64,000 nt of DNA, from contig CAJFCJ010000027.1 of NCBI GenBank assembly GCA_904063045.1, forward strand, positions 124,001-188,000, read 5' to 3'. Both the position numbers and the translations under genes were made by a program. Below are positions 51,252 to 64,000 of the stretch, one piece after another. The notes beneath the pieces are model-generated. The model made no database searches. It was not told where the DNA came from and worked only from the letters and a program-made list of their open reading frames with translations. Position 1 is the first letter of the stretch. The number at the start of each line of letters is the position of its first letter. The stretch is from Dimorphilus gyrociliatus. Taxonomy: Eukaryota > Animalia > Annelida.

Positions 51252-53859
51252 AATATACTGTATTCTCTATGTAATATAATAAATACATTATAGCAATTCA
51301 TAGAATATGTAGTGTATATATGTGGAATTTTTTTCTTAAATTTCCAAGTACATGATTGTGCATAGGAAAATTCTATCAAACAAAAAAAAACGCAATTATA
51401 AACCAAGAGCCGGAAAATTCTCTTCCAGCGTTCCTTTACAAAATGGCGTCTAACAAAATTACTCGCTGTTTGCATTCGCCGCCTCCTATTCGCTGCACAA
51501 TCGAATTTTATCGAAATAAGCGGAAAAAACGCGATTTGATTTGTAGACAGGACGATGGCGCCGCCTATTGGTTTATTGCTCCTAAGGATCTTATCAAAAT
51601 TGACCTGAAAGGTCACACAACCCGAGGCTAGTCATTGAAAAGTTTAAGAAGAAGATAGTATGACTGATTACTGGTCAGTTTAGGTGTTAATTGGACAATT
51701 CGAGGCGTTTTTAGCAGCAGTTGAGTCAATATTGACTTAAACGTATGACTCGAGCTCGTTAGGCGGTGTAAACTATACGATTGCTATTTGCAAGAGTTTG
51801 GTGTTTAATTACACTTAAGTTTATACTTTTTTGTCAGAGATTTTACCTTCTTTTCTTAATGTTCTTCTTATTGAAATATTAAAAAAGTAGAACATAAACG
51901 TATTAAGCGGCAACAGTAACATCGTTCATAAATAAAACTTTTCTTAACAAATCGAGAAATCTTTTCCTCAATCATTTCTATCTTCTTAACTCTTGTGCGC
52001 TCTCCTTTCAGTTATGTTATTTGTTATTAACTGTTTTTTGGCTGAGTAAGCTACTCTATCCCAACAAGAGAAGAGAATCAGACGGATGGAGAAGATGGGA
52101 GAGAGATAAGGAGAAAGAAAAAGTTGTATTTTATACAGAATATATGGATTTATACTCGATATAAATAGACAGCATGCATAAGGATGATGACCAATGCACA
52201 CACAAAAAAAATAAAGATACGCTATTCATTTCCATTGAATTCAATTGCTTTTGTTACCGATTCTTCGAAACGGTTTTTTTATTGTTTAATAAATATTTCA
52301 TGGGCTTTAATAGGCCTTATTTAGTACGATTGTTTTTTTTCTTTCTTTATCTCCCTCCCTCCCTCCTTCCCTCCCTCTCTCTCTCTCTCTCTTTCTTATT
52401 CTTTCTGATATTTACCATATTATTTCTCTTCTTTTCTTTCTATTAAAGTGAGCACTCGAGACAATTGTGCAATATTCTTCACCTGTATTAAAAGTGCCTA
52501 ATAAAAGATTTTTAATATTAAAAAAAACAGGTGATGTTTTATATAAAAAAAATCTTTATTTAAATAGATCAGCTTGTTTAAAATGTACCTTAAGAATATT
52601 CTACTCCCAATCGGCTAGGTGCTAAAAAGTTATTTAACGATCCTAGAAGACAAAAAGGAAAATCTTTACTTTCCGATTTCTCCTCATACTCTAGATTTAC
52701 TTTATCGATAATCTTTCAGTCTTGTATAGTGAAAGATCAAGAAAGTAATTTAACAAAAGACATCTTTGCATTAATCAAATACGAGACGAAAGTCTTGAAA
52801 GAGATACACGTAACTTTTTAATGAGATAATAAGGACTGATTGCGTAATCAATTGAAATCAAGTTAAGAAGTTTAACTTAACGGCGTTAAAATGTCGATTC
52901 ACATGTAAATTACATGCAAATAATGTCAAGAATTCCGTGTGTTTGGTGTATATTTACAGAAAAAATACTCGAGCTTGTTACCAAAGTTTTTCAGGTGTAA
53001 CAAGTTAGTTGAGAAAATACAAAAAGAGAGTTTCAGTTGTTTAATTAATTGTGCATAAGATAAATAAAACTTGAATTAAACAAAATATAAGAATAAAGAA
53101 TCATTTTCCACGTTTGTTTTTGTCTTTTCTCTTTTCTTTTTGCTTGAAGTTATATCTCTTGTTTTATTCTTCTATTTTTCTTCTTTACTTCTTTTCTTTA
53201 CTCTTCTTTACTCTTTCTCTCTCTCTCTCTCTCTGTATGTTTCTTACTATTCTTTTTATTTCAATAATATTAAAAAAAAATAAAAGGTTGACAATTTTTG
53301 TCTATTTTTAATCTCAATACAAATTGTGAAACGAAAGAAGAAAAGAGAAGGAATTTTATTCTTTTCTCTCTTTTTTTTACTATTATTCCTTTTCGTTCCC
53401 GCACTCACTTAGTGTTCTTATTAAGGGAACAGAGAATGGAGAAAGAGAGACAGAGGCAGAAAGAATATGAGAAACGAAAGGCATACTAACGAAAAACTGT
53501 AGCTATATTCAAGCAATAATTGAATTTATGAATTTTCCTATCCTACTACTTGAATACTTTTAATGTTATAGAATTGCAATGTAGAGAATAAAGGCCAGAA
53601 AATATAAATATAGATATAAGTATAATAGAACTATATATATAATAGATCCTAAAATTATGAAAACTACTATAAATACTGGTTTTAGCCACTCAAAAGGTTT
53701 CGAGTGTAATCTATTTGTCTCTAATGTAAAAAGAAAGCCTAAAAAACTTCGTTGGAACGCTCTAAAAGACTAAAAGGTTACAAGAATCCAAATGTTACAG
53801 TATCTTTTATTTTGATGAATGTATTGTAACTGGTAAATAATTATTCGTATAGATTTTCT

Positions 53860-53910
<51 letters not shown>

Positions 53911-56900
53911 ATCTCTCTCTCTCACTCACTCTATCTGTCTATCTGCAATCTACTCCTTTATTGAAATACAGGTATAAAAATACGGAGACAAAAACAGATT
54001 GTTTATATATTCTCTACTTCTGTTAATAGTAAACAGTAAAAATAGAAAAAAAGTAGCGACAAAGTTTTTTTCTAACCCTTTAAAATGGCATGAAATGCGT
54101 ATTAATCCTTTTTGAATAATACTTTGTTCTCTTTATTAAATAGATTTAATCGTTTTAGATTCGCTTTATTCATTATCAATATAAAAACACTCTATTCTTT
54201 TTATTATTTTCAATACAATTAAAACTCTTCCTACGAATCTATTTATTCTTATGTATACTGGCCAATGTTGAATGTTACCGTAATCCAAAGCTTAATAGTT
54301 TAATAAGGACTTGAAGAATACTATAAGAAAGCCTTCTATAAAATATTCTTTCTATTAAACAGTATGTCTAACTTTTTAACACGATCTACAATATATAAAG
54401 AAAAAACAATCATTTTATTAAATTTACTTTTTATAAGAATAGTCATAAATGCCTTATTCATCTATTCATTCTTTCATTCATTCGCTTATTCATTCATTCA
54501 TTTCATTCATTCATTCATTCATACGTGTATTCATTTCTAGTGTGAGATATGTAGAAGCAAGCAAATTTTGTCAGATTTTTTCAATAAGTGTACTGATCGG
54601 GAGAGAAAAGCGTAATGTAGAAAGACTGGTGTAGGGAAAAACAATAAGGAAAGAGAACAAGGGAGGAGAATGGATGGGGAGATGGAGAGATGGTGATGAT
54701 GTAGGGGGGAAAAACGAAATGGTACAAGAGTAGAGTCTTTTAGCTTGATCATTATTAACAAATAGATGGATACGTAATAATCAGGTGTGATGAGGACAAA
54801 GAAAGAAAAAGAGAAGGCTTAAAAGTGAAAAGAAAGTTAAAACACTGGCAATCGGCTTGATGACGAGAATTATAAAGCAACGTATAAAATAGCGACAAAG
54901 CCGTTTTGAAACGCCTATAGAATCGTTGCGAATCGAACGGAAAGGCGGACACAATTAGCGTCATTGTTAGGCGGACAATAGACGAACAAAAGCGCGCGAA
55001 AAACGTTTGAAAAAAGACGGAAGGCGTAATGAAACAAAAAAAGAGTGAAAGAATAGGCTGAGATGAACAATAGAGACGTGCATGTGTATAAAAGTATATA
55101 TTCTTGTAATTCTTTCGATATGCTCCGGTAATAAAGCGAATAATTAACCCTTATGTCTATATTTAGCGGTCCGCCTCACCGAGTGCGAATATCGGGGCGT
55201 CACGTGACCTTAATAATCAAAATTTTCAATTAAGTATTTTACGTATTGTATTTATCTGGTGTGAATAATAAATAAGTAGCCATTTTGATATTAAGTTAAC
55301 CGTGACTGAAAAAGTGTTAACTTGATTCGTTTAATAAAGGATTTCTCTGTTTATATCGCTTGTTTTCTTGTATGTATTGTTTCTCTCTCTCTCTCTCTCT
55401 CTCTGTCTTTCCTTTTCTCATTCTCCCTCCTATCTATTCTCTTTTTTCTGATTCCTTTTTTCTTTTCTATTCTTTAATAAATCTCATAAAAAATTTTCTC
55501 AATGAATAGAAAAAAAAAACAACATAGAAAGATGATTAGCTTAAGACTTATTTAGTTGAAAAGAGAGTGCAAAAGAGAGACAGAGACAGAGAGAAAAGAT
55601 AAAAAAAGAAAAGACAGAAAATATTAACAAAATCCAATTTATCTTTCTTCTCTAAAAAATGTTGAATATATAAAAATAGAAGAAAAAAAAGTAAAAAAAG
55701 ACGACATTTACTCCTAATAGTCTTCTAGTATAAAGCAAACAATAAGCACAAAGAGTAAGTTATATACAATGTATTGTAAAGAAAAAAAATAGTGCAAAAG
55801 ATGCATGCTCTAGTGTAACATAGATACTGTATGTTCATTCTACGAGACCATTTGCAGTTCACCCTGCTTTCTGATAATATTGTTGTTGTTATTACAGTTT
55901 TGTATTTTTACAGCTACCGCCTCTTATTGCTACTTTCGGCAAGTTTAAAAAAGAAAATTCTTCTATCTGCCTTTAATAAAACTGCAAAAGTATTGACGTA
56001 TTAATGCAGATAAAGTTACACAAATAGATAATTAATGTTTTCTTTGCAAAAATCGAAATTTGTTTATTGTTCCAGTCTTCTACATTCTTATTCCAAATAT
56101 TTAACTTTCCATTGTTGTACTGTCTTTAAAGTAAACAAATTTACTTTGTTCCCAGAATTTTGAATACTAGAGTGATTGGAAGAAACTTTGATTTTCATTA
56201 AATTGATAGTCTATTAAATTCCTTTCTTTTGTTGTTTTTTGTTTTAATTATAGAAATATAAATAAGGAAATATATAAACATGAATATATACTGTATATAC
56301 TGTCTGTATTTATACAATACATACATAGAAATCGTATATCTGAAAACAAATAGGGGGAAAAGAAAATTGAATTATCTTTTATTCTTATTCTCTTCTTTTT
56401 GTTCCAAACGCAAATTGATAGATAGGTGGTGAGAATTTATTCGAAGGCGCGTGCAGTAGCTGAAACCGGCAAATGTACCGTATTATGTTTACAGTGTATG
56501 CAGTATACTGTTTCCAATTGTAATAGCGATTGTAGTTCTGGATAAGGTAGTTTGTTGCGGCTGTAGCCGTTTCGATTGTTAGAGGTGGTTGATAGTAGTT
56601 GTAAGAGTTTTCTTGTATTATTGTTAGTATTATTATTACCATTATAATTGGAATTAACGTTAAAATTACAACTTCTATATAAATTTTTGCGGATATCAAT
56701 TGTTTATATAAATGGAATAGTATAGGATTTCCTGGAAAATTGGGTGAGGCTTTTTGTCAAGTTAAAAAGAGAGTGAGAAAAAAAAAGGAAAAAAAAAACT
56801 AGAGAAAGAGTACCGTTGTCATTTCAACAAAAGGTTTTTTCGGTGAAAAAGAAAAATTATAAAATATATAAGGAAAAAAATGTATGGAAGAGAAGAATGA

Positions 56901-59900
56901 TATTAATGAATCCTGGAATATTTTATTGAGCTCTCTTTGTAGTTCTGAAATAATAGAATAATAAAAATTGTTTAGATGAATAGTTCAATGAACGCTTCGA
57001 ATAAATAAATGCATGACTATTTCCTTAACAAAACTCTCTTTAGAAATTAAACCGATTAGCTATCACCTATCCTTTTACCTCCACTTTTCAACAACAAGAA
57101 AGTGAAAGAACCCCCCGACCCAATAACCGTAATTTACTGTAATTCGCATACTGTACGCTTTACTTGTTAACTTCTTGTTGAGAGGTGGTGCGAGGAAGGT
57201 GAAGAGGGCTTGAAAAGGGATCTGAAAGAATACGTAATAAGGGATTGAGGAAACGGATAGAGAAGTAGAAAGGGGAAAGAGGGAAGATTTAGCCAGGGAG
57301 GAAGGAAGCAAAGAAGAGAGACAAATAAAAGACTAAAAAAGGGTAGGATAGGTAAGCAAATCTGATGGATGGATAGATGGATGGACGGTTGGTTTGTTGG
57401 ATAGACAGATAGATAGATAAATAGATAGATAGATATACCAGATAAACGGACGAATAAATAGGTACAGAGTTAGATAGGTGGAATAAGAAAGAATAAGTAA
57501 ATTGATGAATAGATTGCAAGATAGATGGATTTATGGAAAGAGAACTAAAGAGCGCCATCAGCCTCGATTCAATGCTAATAAACGAAGCCAATAAAATAAT
57601 AATACACTTTCCATCATATCTTAGTATAGAGGTATTTCAATAGAAGAATTTTTTATTCAGATATGTTTTCTTCTTATTACCAATTAATATTATATTTATA
57701 TACTATATATATATATATATATATATACAGTATACGTATATATATATATATAGACAGATATACTGTATACAGCATATTTTTATATACACTAATAGATATA
57801 GACATACAGGATGATTATGTAATAAGCACAAATCGAGATTAATAACGACTATTGAGAATTAATTATGTTATAAATATTAATAAAAGAGTTTTATTGTCGT
57901 TGTTTTTGTTACGATTGTGTAGCGTATCCCTAGGTGTACTTATGGGTATTTTTAATATTCTAATAATTGCTTTAGGGTTAAAGGTGAAGGATACCTGCCA
58001 CACACACACTATTTTGTTTGCTATAAGAAGAGTGGGTATATATATCCTTTAACGAAATCTGCCTTGATGAATATTTAAGTCTTTATCGAGAGTATAAAGA
58101 AAGGAACCCTAAAATAATATAGTGTCTCCCAAAGGCCTCGACCCACGGACTCCTAAAGCCCATACAAAAGTAGCATAAAATCGGCCTATCTACACCGTCT
58201 ATTATATCCTCTACAGAATCTCGCAGCGCACGAAAGAAGGGAATGAATAGCCTGAAAAGAAAAGTTTCGAATAGAACGAAGCTTTTCATACCGACTAAAC
58301 GCAATCAACACCGCCTTTATACTTGCCGATTGGCCGCATTGTTCGAAGTCGGATTGAGAACGTTTTCGATACAAAAGTCGGCAAACGACCGTCGAATAGA
58401 CGGCTGATGAAGGGCGAATGAAAAACAATAAGCAAATTCTTCCGCTATTTTCCAGGATAGTCCTTCCAATGTTAAGGCTATTATTGAATTTCGATAAAGG
58501 GCTAAACAAAAAAAAGAAAAGGAGAAATAACTGCAATCTCTTTCGTTGGCGCAATATGAAGAAAAGATAAATTTAAAGGGTAAAGACGTGCATTAAGTGC
58601 GTGTATACATCTGCTAAATCTATTTTAAGGTCAACAACAAATGCTCAAAAAACCTTTTACAACAGTACTATGACATTATTATGGAAGAAAACAAATTTTT
58701 TTCTCAATAAAAATCACCCGCCACCCATTCAATAAAGGGGCGGAGGGGTGAGAGAGAGAGAAAAGAAGGATATGTATTTTTAGAAAAAGAGTAGCGTTAA
58801 ATAAAATACCAAAAATATTGAATGAGCAACTGAATGATTGAGCGAGTGAGGAACCGAGGGACGGAATGAGAGAGAAACAGAGACGGGAGAATTGGAAAAT
58901 AGGCAACGAGTAGTAAAGAGAAATAACACAACAAATGAATTCTTCCGTCATTTTTTTTTTTCAGTAAAGTCCCCTTACATAAAAGAGTTTTTGTTCAATA
59001 TCATACATGAATGGCTGTTTATATTTGTCATTGGCTGCGTTCTATTCAATTCCCCTACTCCTTTCTCTTTATCAACAACAGATTTAGCAATCTAAAGATC
59101 CCCTCTGCTGTGTAAAACTCTTCAGATACCTTCATGTGTACACCATTCCATTCAATGTACCATCAGTCATTAATGAAGTATGTAAATCAATTTGACCCCG
59201 TTCAGGGACGCTTTTTTGTGTTTACTTTACAAAAGAAAACGTGCGACAAAGCGGAATAGTCAGACATTCTTCATACAATTTCTTGTTGTATTCTTTTCTT
59301 CGATTAGTCACACGCGCGAGTATACAGAGACACGTTTGCGTCTGCGTACAATGCATATAAGTATGGGAAGGGAGGGAGAGAGAGAGAGAAATAATAGAGT
59401 AAAAGTGTGTATGTGTGTGAACAGGATATTTGCGTCATAGAGCAACTGTATGATGGTGTTTTTTGGATGTTTATTTAAGCGGCTAAATTGAATTGCTTGA
59501 ATTTAAAAAAAGCAAAAAGAAAGTCTTATGGAAAATGATGTTTCATTTGGAAAGAGATTAATTAAGAGAATAAAAAATTGTATAAGTAAAAATGAGGCAG
59601 CTTGAACGGCTTTATAACCAAACAGCTGCCCTCTTTTGTAAGGATTTTCCAAGTGCTATCCAAAGTACTTTGGAACTGATTACAGATATTTCCCAGTAAT
59701 TACTAAACGATTCTATCTATATCAATCGACTATTCCAATTCCTTTATTTATTCATAAATAATTTATTATACTGACATAAAATAGGCGGCATTTATATACG
59801 TATAAATATATTAATTAAATACGTTAAATGCTCGATGTGCATGCTGTATATTCATCAATATACATATGCATTTATAAAAAAGAAAGAAATATATATATAT

Positions 59901-60073
59901 ATATATATATATACAGTATACAGTATATGTTTATTTTTCATTTTAATAAATATATACTTCCTCTTTTTAGTAAAAGGAACAAAATTAACAAAGGAAAACA
60001 AAACAAAAGCTTGCTTTTAATACTGTACAAATTACAAACACAAGAAATTACTGGAGCAGAGAGATTTTGCTGT

Positions 60074-60120
<47 letters not shown>

Positions 60121-60435
60121 ATATGTATATAAACATATACAAATTCATATTGAAAAATATATATGCATAAAGGGAAAACAATACAACCATTTAGAAGAAA
60201 ATCTCATTCATTCCCTCATTCTCTAACTCCCAATTATTCAAGACAAAAAGAACACAAAAACAACAAAATATAAAAAAATAAAAAACCAAAAAAATGAAAA
60301 ATTGTTACCGTCTGCTAAAAAAAAGTATATCCCCCATTAGTCACATGTATTGATTATTATATCTTATAAAAATGTTTACAACCGAACACCCATGGCACTA
60401 AAAAAAAATTAAAGTTGTTTTGTTTGCTTTAATCG

Positions 60436-61113
60436 TTACATCATCGTCTTCCGTTCCAGTGGTGGTGAATGAGCCGGAGGTGGACTCAGTAAAAGTGGCG
60501 GTGGCTTCCTCTCGGATGGAGTTTTGACTAGGGGAAGGGGCTGGTTGTAGAACGGATATAAGTAATGGGAAGACGGAGGCGGCGGTGGCATATAAGATGC
60601 TAAGGAAAATTGTTGAACAAACTCTTTTTCATGTAGCATCGATCTTGCTTTATCTGCCAACAGTTCCGAAGCAGAAAAGTTAACCGGAGCCATGAGTAAA
60701 GGTGGAGGTGGAAGTTGGTTAATGGGGATCGGATAAGGATAGGAAATTTCTTGCTTCTTAATATAAGACTTGGGCTTCCTACGAGGGCGATACTTGTAAT
60801 CGGGATGTTCTTTCATATGTAAGGCGCGTAGCCGCTTCGCTTCGTCGATGAAAGGCCTCTTCTGCTCTTCATTTAATAATTTCCACTCGGCACCCAAACA
60901 TTTCGATATCTCCGAATTGTGCATCTTTGGATTTTCCTGCGCCATCTTGCGACGTTGCCCTCTTGACCAAACCATAAATGCGTTCATGGGTCTCTTTACG
61001 TGATCCTGCTCCAATTCAGCGCTTTCCATGCTGTCTGATCTGCAAATACGCTGTGAACGACCAGAGCGACCCCTGGGGTATAAGAGCTCTTTTATCGTAC
61101 AAGCGTCAATCAT
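60436..61113 (-). CDS. SoxB2: SoxB2-class (Sox14/Sox21-like) HMG-box transcription factor, single exon
   Basis: HMG box [43 protein letters not shown]...[30 protein letters not shown], followed by a B2-type KPK..KK extension and a Pro-rich C-terminus. It has no introns, as is typical of SoxB genes. An alternative start is the Met at 61029. Confidence 0.9.
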   Translation of the reverse strand: MIDACTIKELLYPRGRSGRSQRICRSDSMESAELEQDHVKRPMNAFMVWSRGQRRKMAQENPKMHNSEISKCLGAEWKLLNEEQKRPFIDEAKRLRALHMKEHPDYKYRPRRKPKSYIKKQEISYPYPIPINQLPPPPLLMAPVNFSASELLADKARSMLHEKEFVQQFSLASYMPPPPPSSHYLYPFYNQPLPLVKTPSERKPPPLLLSPPPAHSPPLERKTMM

Positions 61114-62354
61114 GCGTTTATCCCGCCTCTATCGAGTGCTGATTGGACAAGAGTAAATCTTGATATGTCTCGTTACAGCTTTTTTTTGGCAAGTTCGTCA
61201 CCCGTTTTGTTCTCAATTTAAGATGTTACGTAAGTTAACGGTGTCTGCGAACGCAAGTCAATTAAAAAGAGTAGCGTTCGATCTGCAAGATAGCGACACC
61301 TGTAGTAATTAAAGGTGAGTAAATCAGCAAATGGTAGCGATTTTTAAGGATGCACCAATCTTCTACGGTGCAGCATAAATCGGCTCAGAACACGCACGGT
61401 ATAATGCAACTTTTAACAGATTCTTAGCCTCGGACACCTTTTTAAAGGATTCCTTGTTAATTATTATTCAGTGCTCGTTTGTCGTAAAGGTTATTCCTTA
61501 GTAGCATAAGGAAAAGTGAGACTTTCCTTTACCTTATATCTTACCTTTTCTTCACTGTATTGCATAATACGTAACAGAGAAAATAATTGTAAAATAAAAA
61601 ATGATGGAGAGATATTATTCTTAAATTTATATATCCCTTCTTTCCTGTTTGAGACAGTAGAAGGAGAGAGCGTTCGAAAGGATTTTTAGATAGGCAAGAG
61701 GAGGACTAAGAGAAGATATGGACTAAATCAGTATGTGGATAGCATTAATATAAAACTGTAATAGCGAGCGAGAAAATATGAAAGAAACCAATTGGTTTTA
61801 ATTTTTTCCGCAAATGTTCAATCGACTGTAAAATAATAATCAACAATCTGAAGAAGAGGGCAATATCTTTATCGGTAAAACATCAAATATGTAGCCTTTA
61901 TACCTCTATTTGAATGTATAATGTAAGTCTTATACCGCATCGTATGATGTATATAAGAGACGCCTTACAATATAAATTAGAATATATATTGGTATATATA
62001 TATATATACATATATATATATACTGAATATATTATTAATATTTTGCACATCCTATACAAAAATGCTTTATTAAAAAAAAAGAGCGTCCAAGCGTTTAATT
62101 TGAAAAAGACAAATCTTTTTATACAGAGATAGAAACATTTAACTTGTAGGTTTTATGTACTAAATTTACCTTTATTAATTATAGAGCAAGCATTGTATTA
62201 TTAGCCACTAATTAGATAGAATAAATCCAATGAAATTGCGTATACATTTATGTATTAATACATTCTATATGTACTGTATCTATCTTAGAATATATATTGT
62301 ATATTTATAGATCTACATACGTATAGATATACATGTATACACATATATTTATAC

Positions 62355-62391
<37 letters not shown>

Positions 62392-63708
62392 CTTCTATAT
62401 GTACTATATAATATATATTCGACACATAAGACATAAAACTCAGATATATATATTTAGCCGATCCGGCAACCTAATTAATATTCATAAACACCTCCGGGCA
62501 ATAAGCGAATACATAATCAAAGAAGCGAAACTTTATACAGAAACGAATAAAGGCGGACGTCTATAGGAGCGTCTAAAGGCGTCGTCTATATATGACGTCG
62601 AGTGTCGAAAATACACAGAACCCGTATTTGCCTTCCATAATTGCTCTCGCTCCGACAATGCACTTGGAAAGCGCGCTCTCAGCGCCAATTGCAGCCAGCA
62701 ATGCAGCTTGGCGTACTGCAACCACTCCTATTGTCGAGGCACGCATTCGACGATAGTCATACAATTTTCAGACTTTATACGGCCATTAGACGAAGAGCAT
62801 GCACTCGTGGCCCGCGTGTCGTCCGTAAATAGGCCCAAGAATAGTACCAGAAAAGGCTGATTGACAAAACTTGAAACTGGATAGAAAACTCTTATCCTTT
62901 TCCAAGACGAAATTACTTTTAGCTCTATTTTATACTTCAAAATGAGTATAACAATATAAAGAAAGGGAGCGACGTTGAAAATAAGAGTACGGGGCAGATA
63001 GGGGAATAGGACTAAGGAGGCAGAAAGCGAAAAGAGAGATAAATATATTAGATATAGGTAGATAGTTTGATAGAGAGGAGGGTGGGGAGGGGGGAGACAG
63101 AATGAGACGAACAAATAGAAGAGGGTGAAGAAAAGGTAAAAAGAATGGAAGACGAGGGCTTGGATTATACCGAGTATGAAGCTAATTTACCCGGTTCTTC
63201 GATGAAAAGGAAGATATTTATAAAAGAAATTTAATACGGTTTTATAATTATTATTTTGTTTCATTAAACTTAACGTTTCCATTGAAATTTTTTGCACTTT
63301 ATAAAGAAAAACAGAAGTCGTAGGAAAGTTGAAAAGTAAAGACTTATAAAACAATTTATTGTAGTGTATAGACTTTCGTGTCATATAGTTTACAGTTTCT
63401 CCTTTCAAGCTTATAAGTTTCTGGAAGAGTATAAAGTAATAAAGTAAGAAAAAAAAAGTGAATGATACGAGTTCTCTATTACGAAGTGAGGAAAAAAAAC
63501 TTACTCTTTTTTCCTTCTTACAAAAGTCAAATTCCGTAAATCATGTATTACACTATTCTGATTGTGTTTAAAATGTCTAAGAGTTTGTGACGTCATTCAT
63601 TGATTAGTGTCAAGCTACAAAGCGATTAAAGCGATTAGGGCTTAGCGAAGAGGATAGTCTATTAGAAGAATATTTTTTTGTTCTTTAGATATTTTTGTCA
63701 AATACAAA

Positions 63709-63739
<31 letters not shown>

Positions 63740-64000
63740 CTGTATATATACTGTATATACAATATATTGTGTACATTAACTACACTATATATGTAAAAGT
63801 TAGGTTAAAGTTAATTCAGCATAATTGAATATTAGAGTGGATAGAGAAGAAAGAAATTAGATTCGCCTTCATCCACAGTTTATCAAATATTGCCTAAGTG
63901 TTTTGTATTTGTTTACGTGATCGAGACTCGTCAATTATCTCAAGAAGTGTGACGTGATAATATATGACTGGGTAGTTTTTGTGCCTTTAAAGTAAAATAG

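Noticed and set aside
56385-56699. 104-aa minus-strand ORF rich in Y/N/T
   Set aside because: It has a non-ATG start, low-complexity composition and no domain or splice support.
58186-58554. 122-aa minus-strand ORF downstream of SoxB2
   Set aside because: It has a TTG start and no recognisable motif, and is better explained as a GC-rich noncoding element.
30051-63408. Numerous 60-140 aa ORFs rich in YI, LS or RE repeats
   Set aside because: These are translations of (TA)n, (CT)n and (GA)n microsatellites, not genes.

Overview
This is a eukaryotic, AT-rich (roughly 30% GC), microsatellite-rich invertebrate window with mostly very short introns. It looks like a compact lophotrochozoan or annelid genome, but that assignment is inference. 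I rebuilt spliced models by hand for eight protein-coding genes. These are an ImpL2/ZIG-like secreted two-Ig protein, a convergent pair of small type I membrane proteins (one absent from the ORF track and needing a GC-AG intron, the other carrying a 60-bp mucin-like repeat), an intronless GH35 beta-galactosidase homologue, a DHRS11-like SDR, a TRIM-NHL E3 ligase, a UNC-93-like MFS protein with large introns, and a single-exon SoxB2 gene beside a ~18 kb gene desert. Three results stand out. (1) The adjacent GH35 and SDR genes both have intact frames but have lost their catalytic residues, so they look like a pseudoenzyme pair. (2) About 20 TA-CAG-TA/TA-CTG-TA motifs sit in (TA)n runs and match Tc1/mariner excision footprints. 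(3) The noncoding landscape around SoxB2 resembles a regulatory block, with motif clusters and CTCF-like sites. No rRNA, tRNA, CRISPR array or intact transposon was recognised. All counts are manual and no database searches were run.
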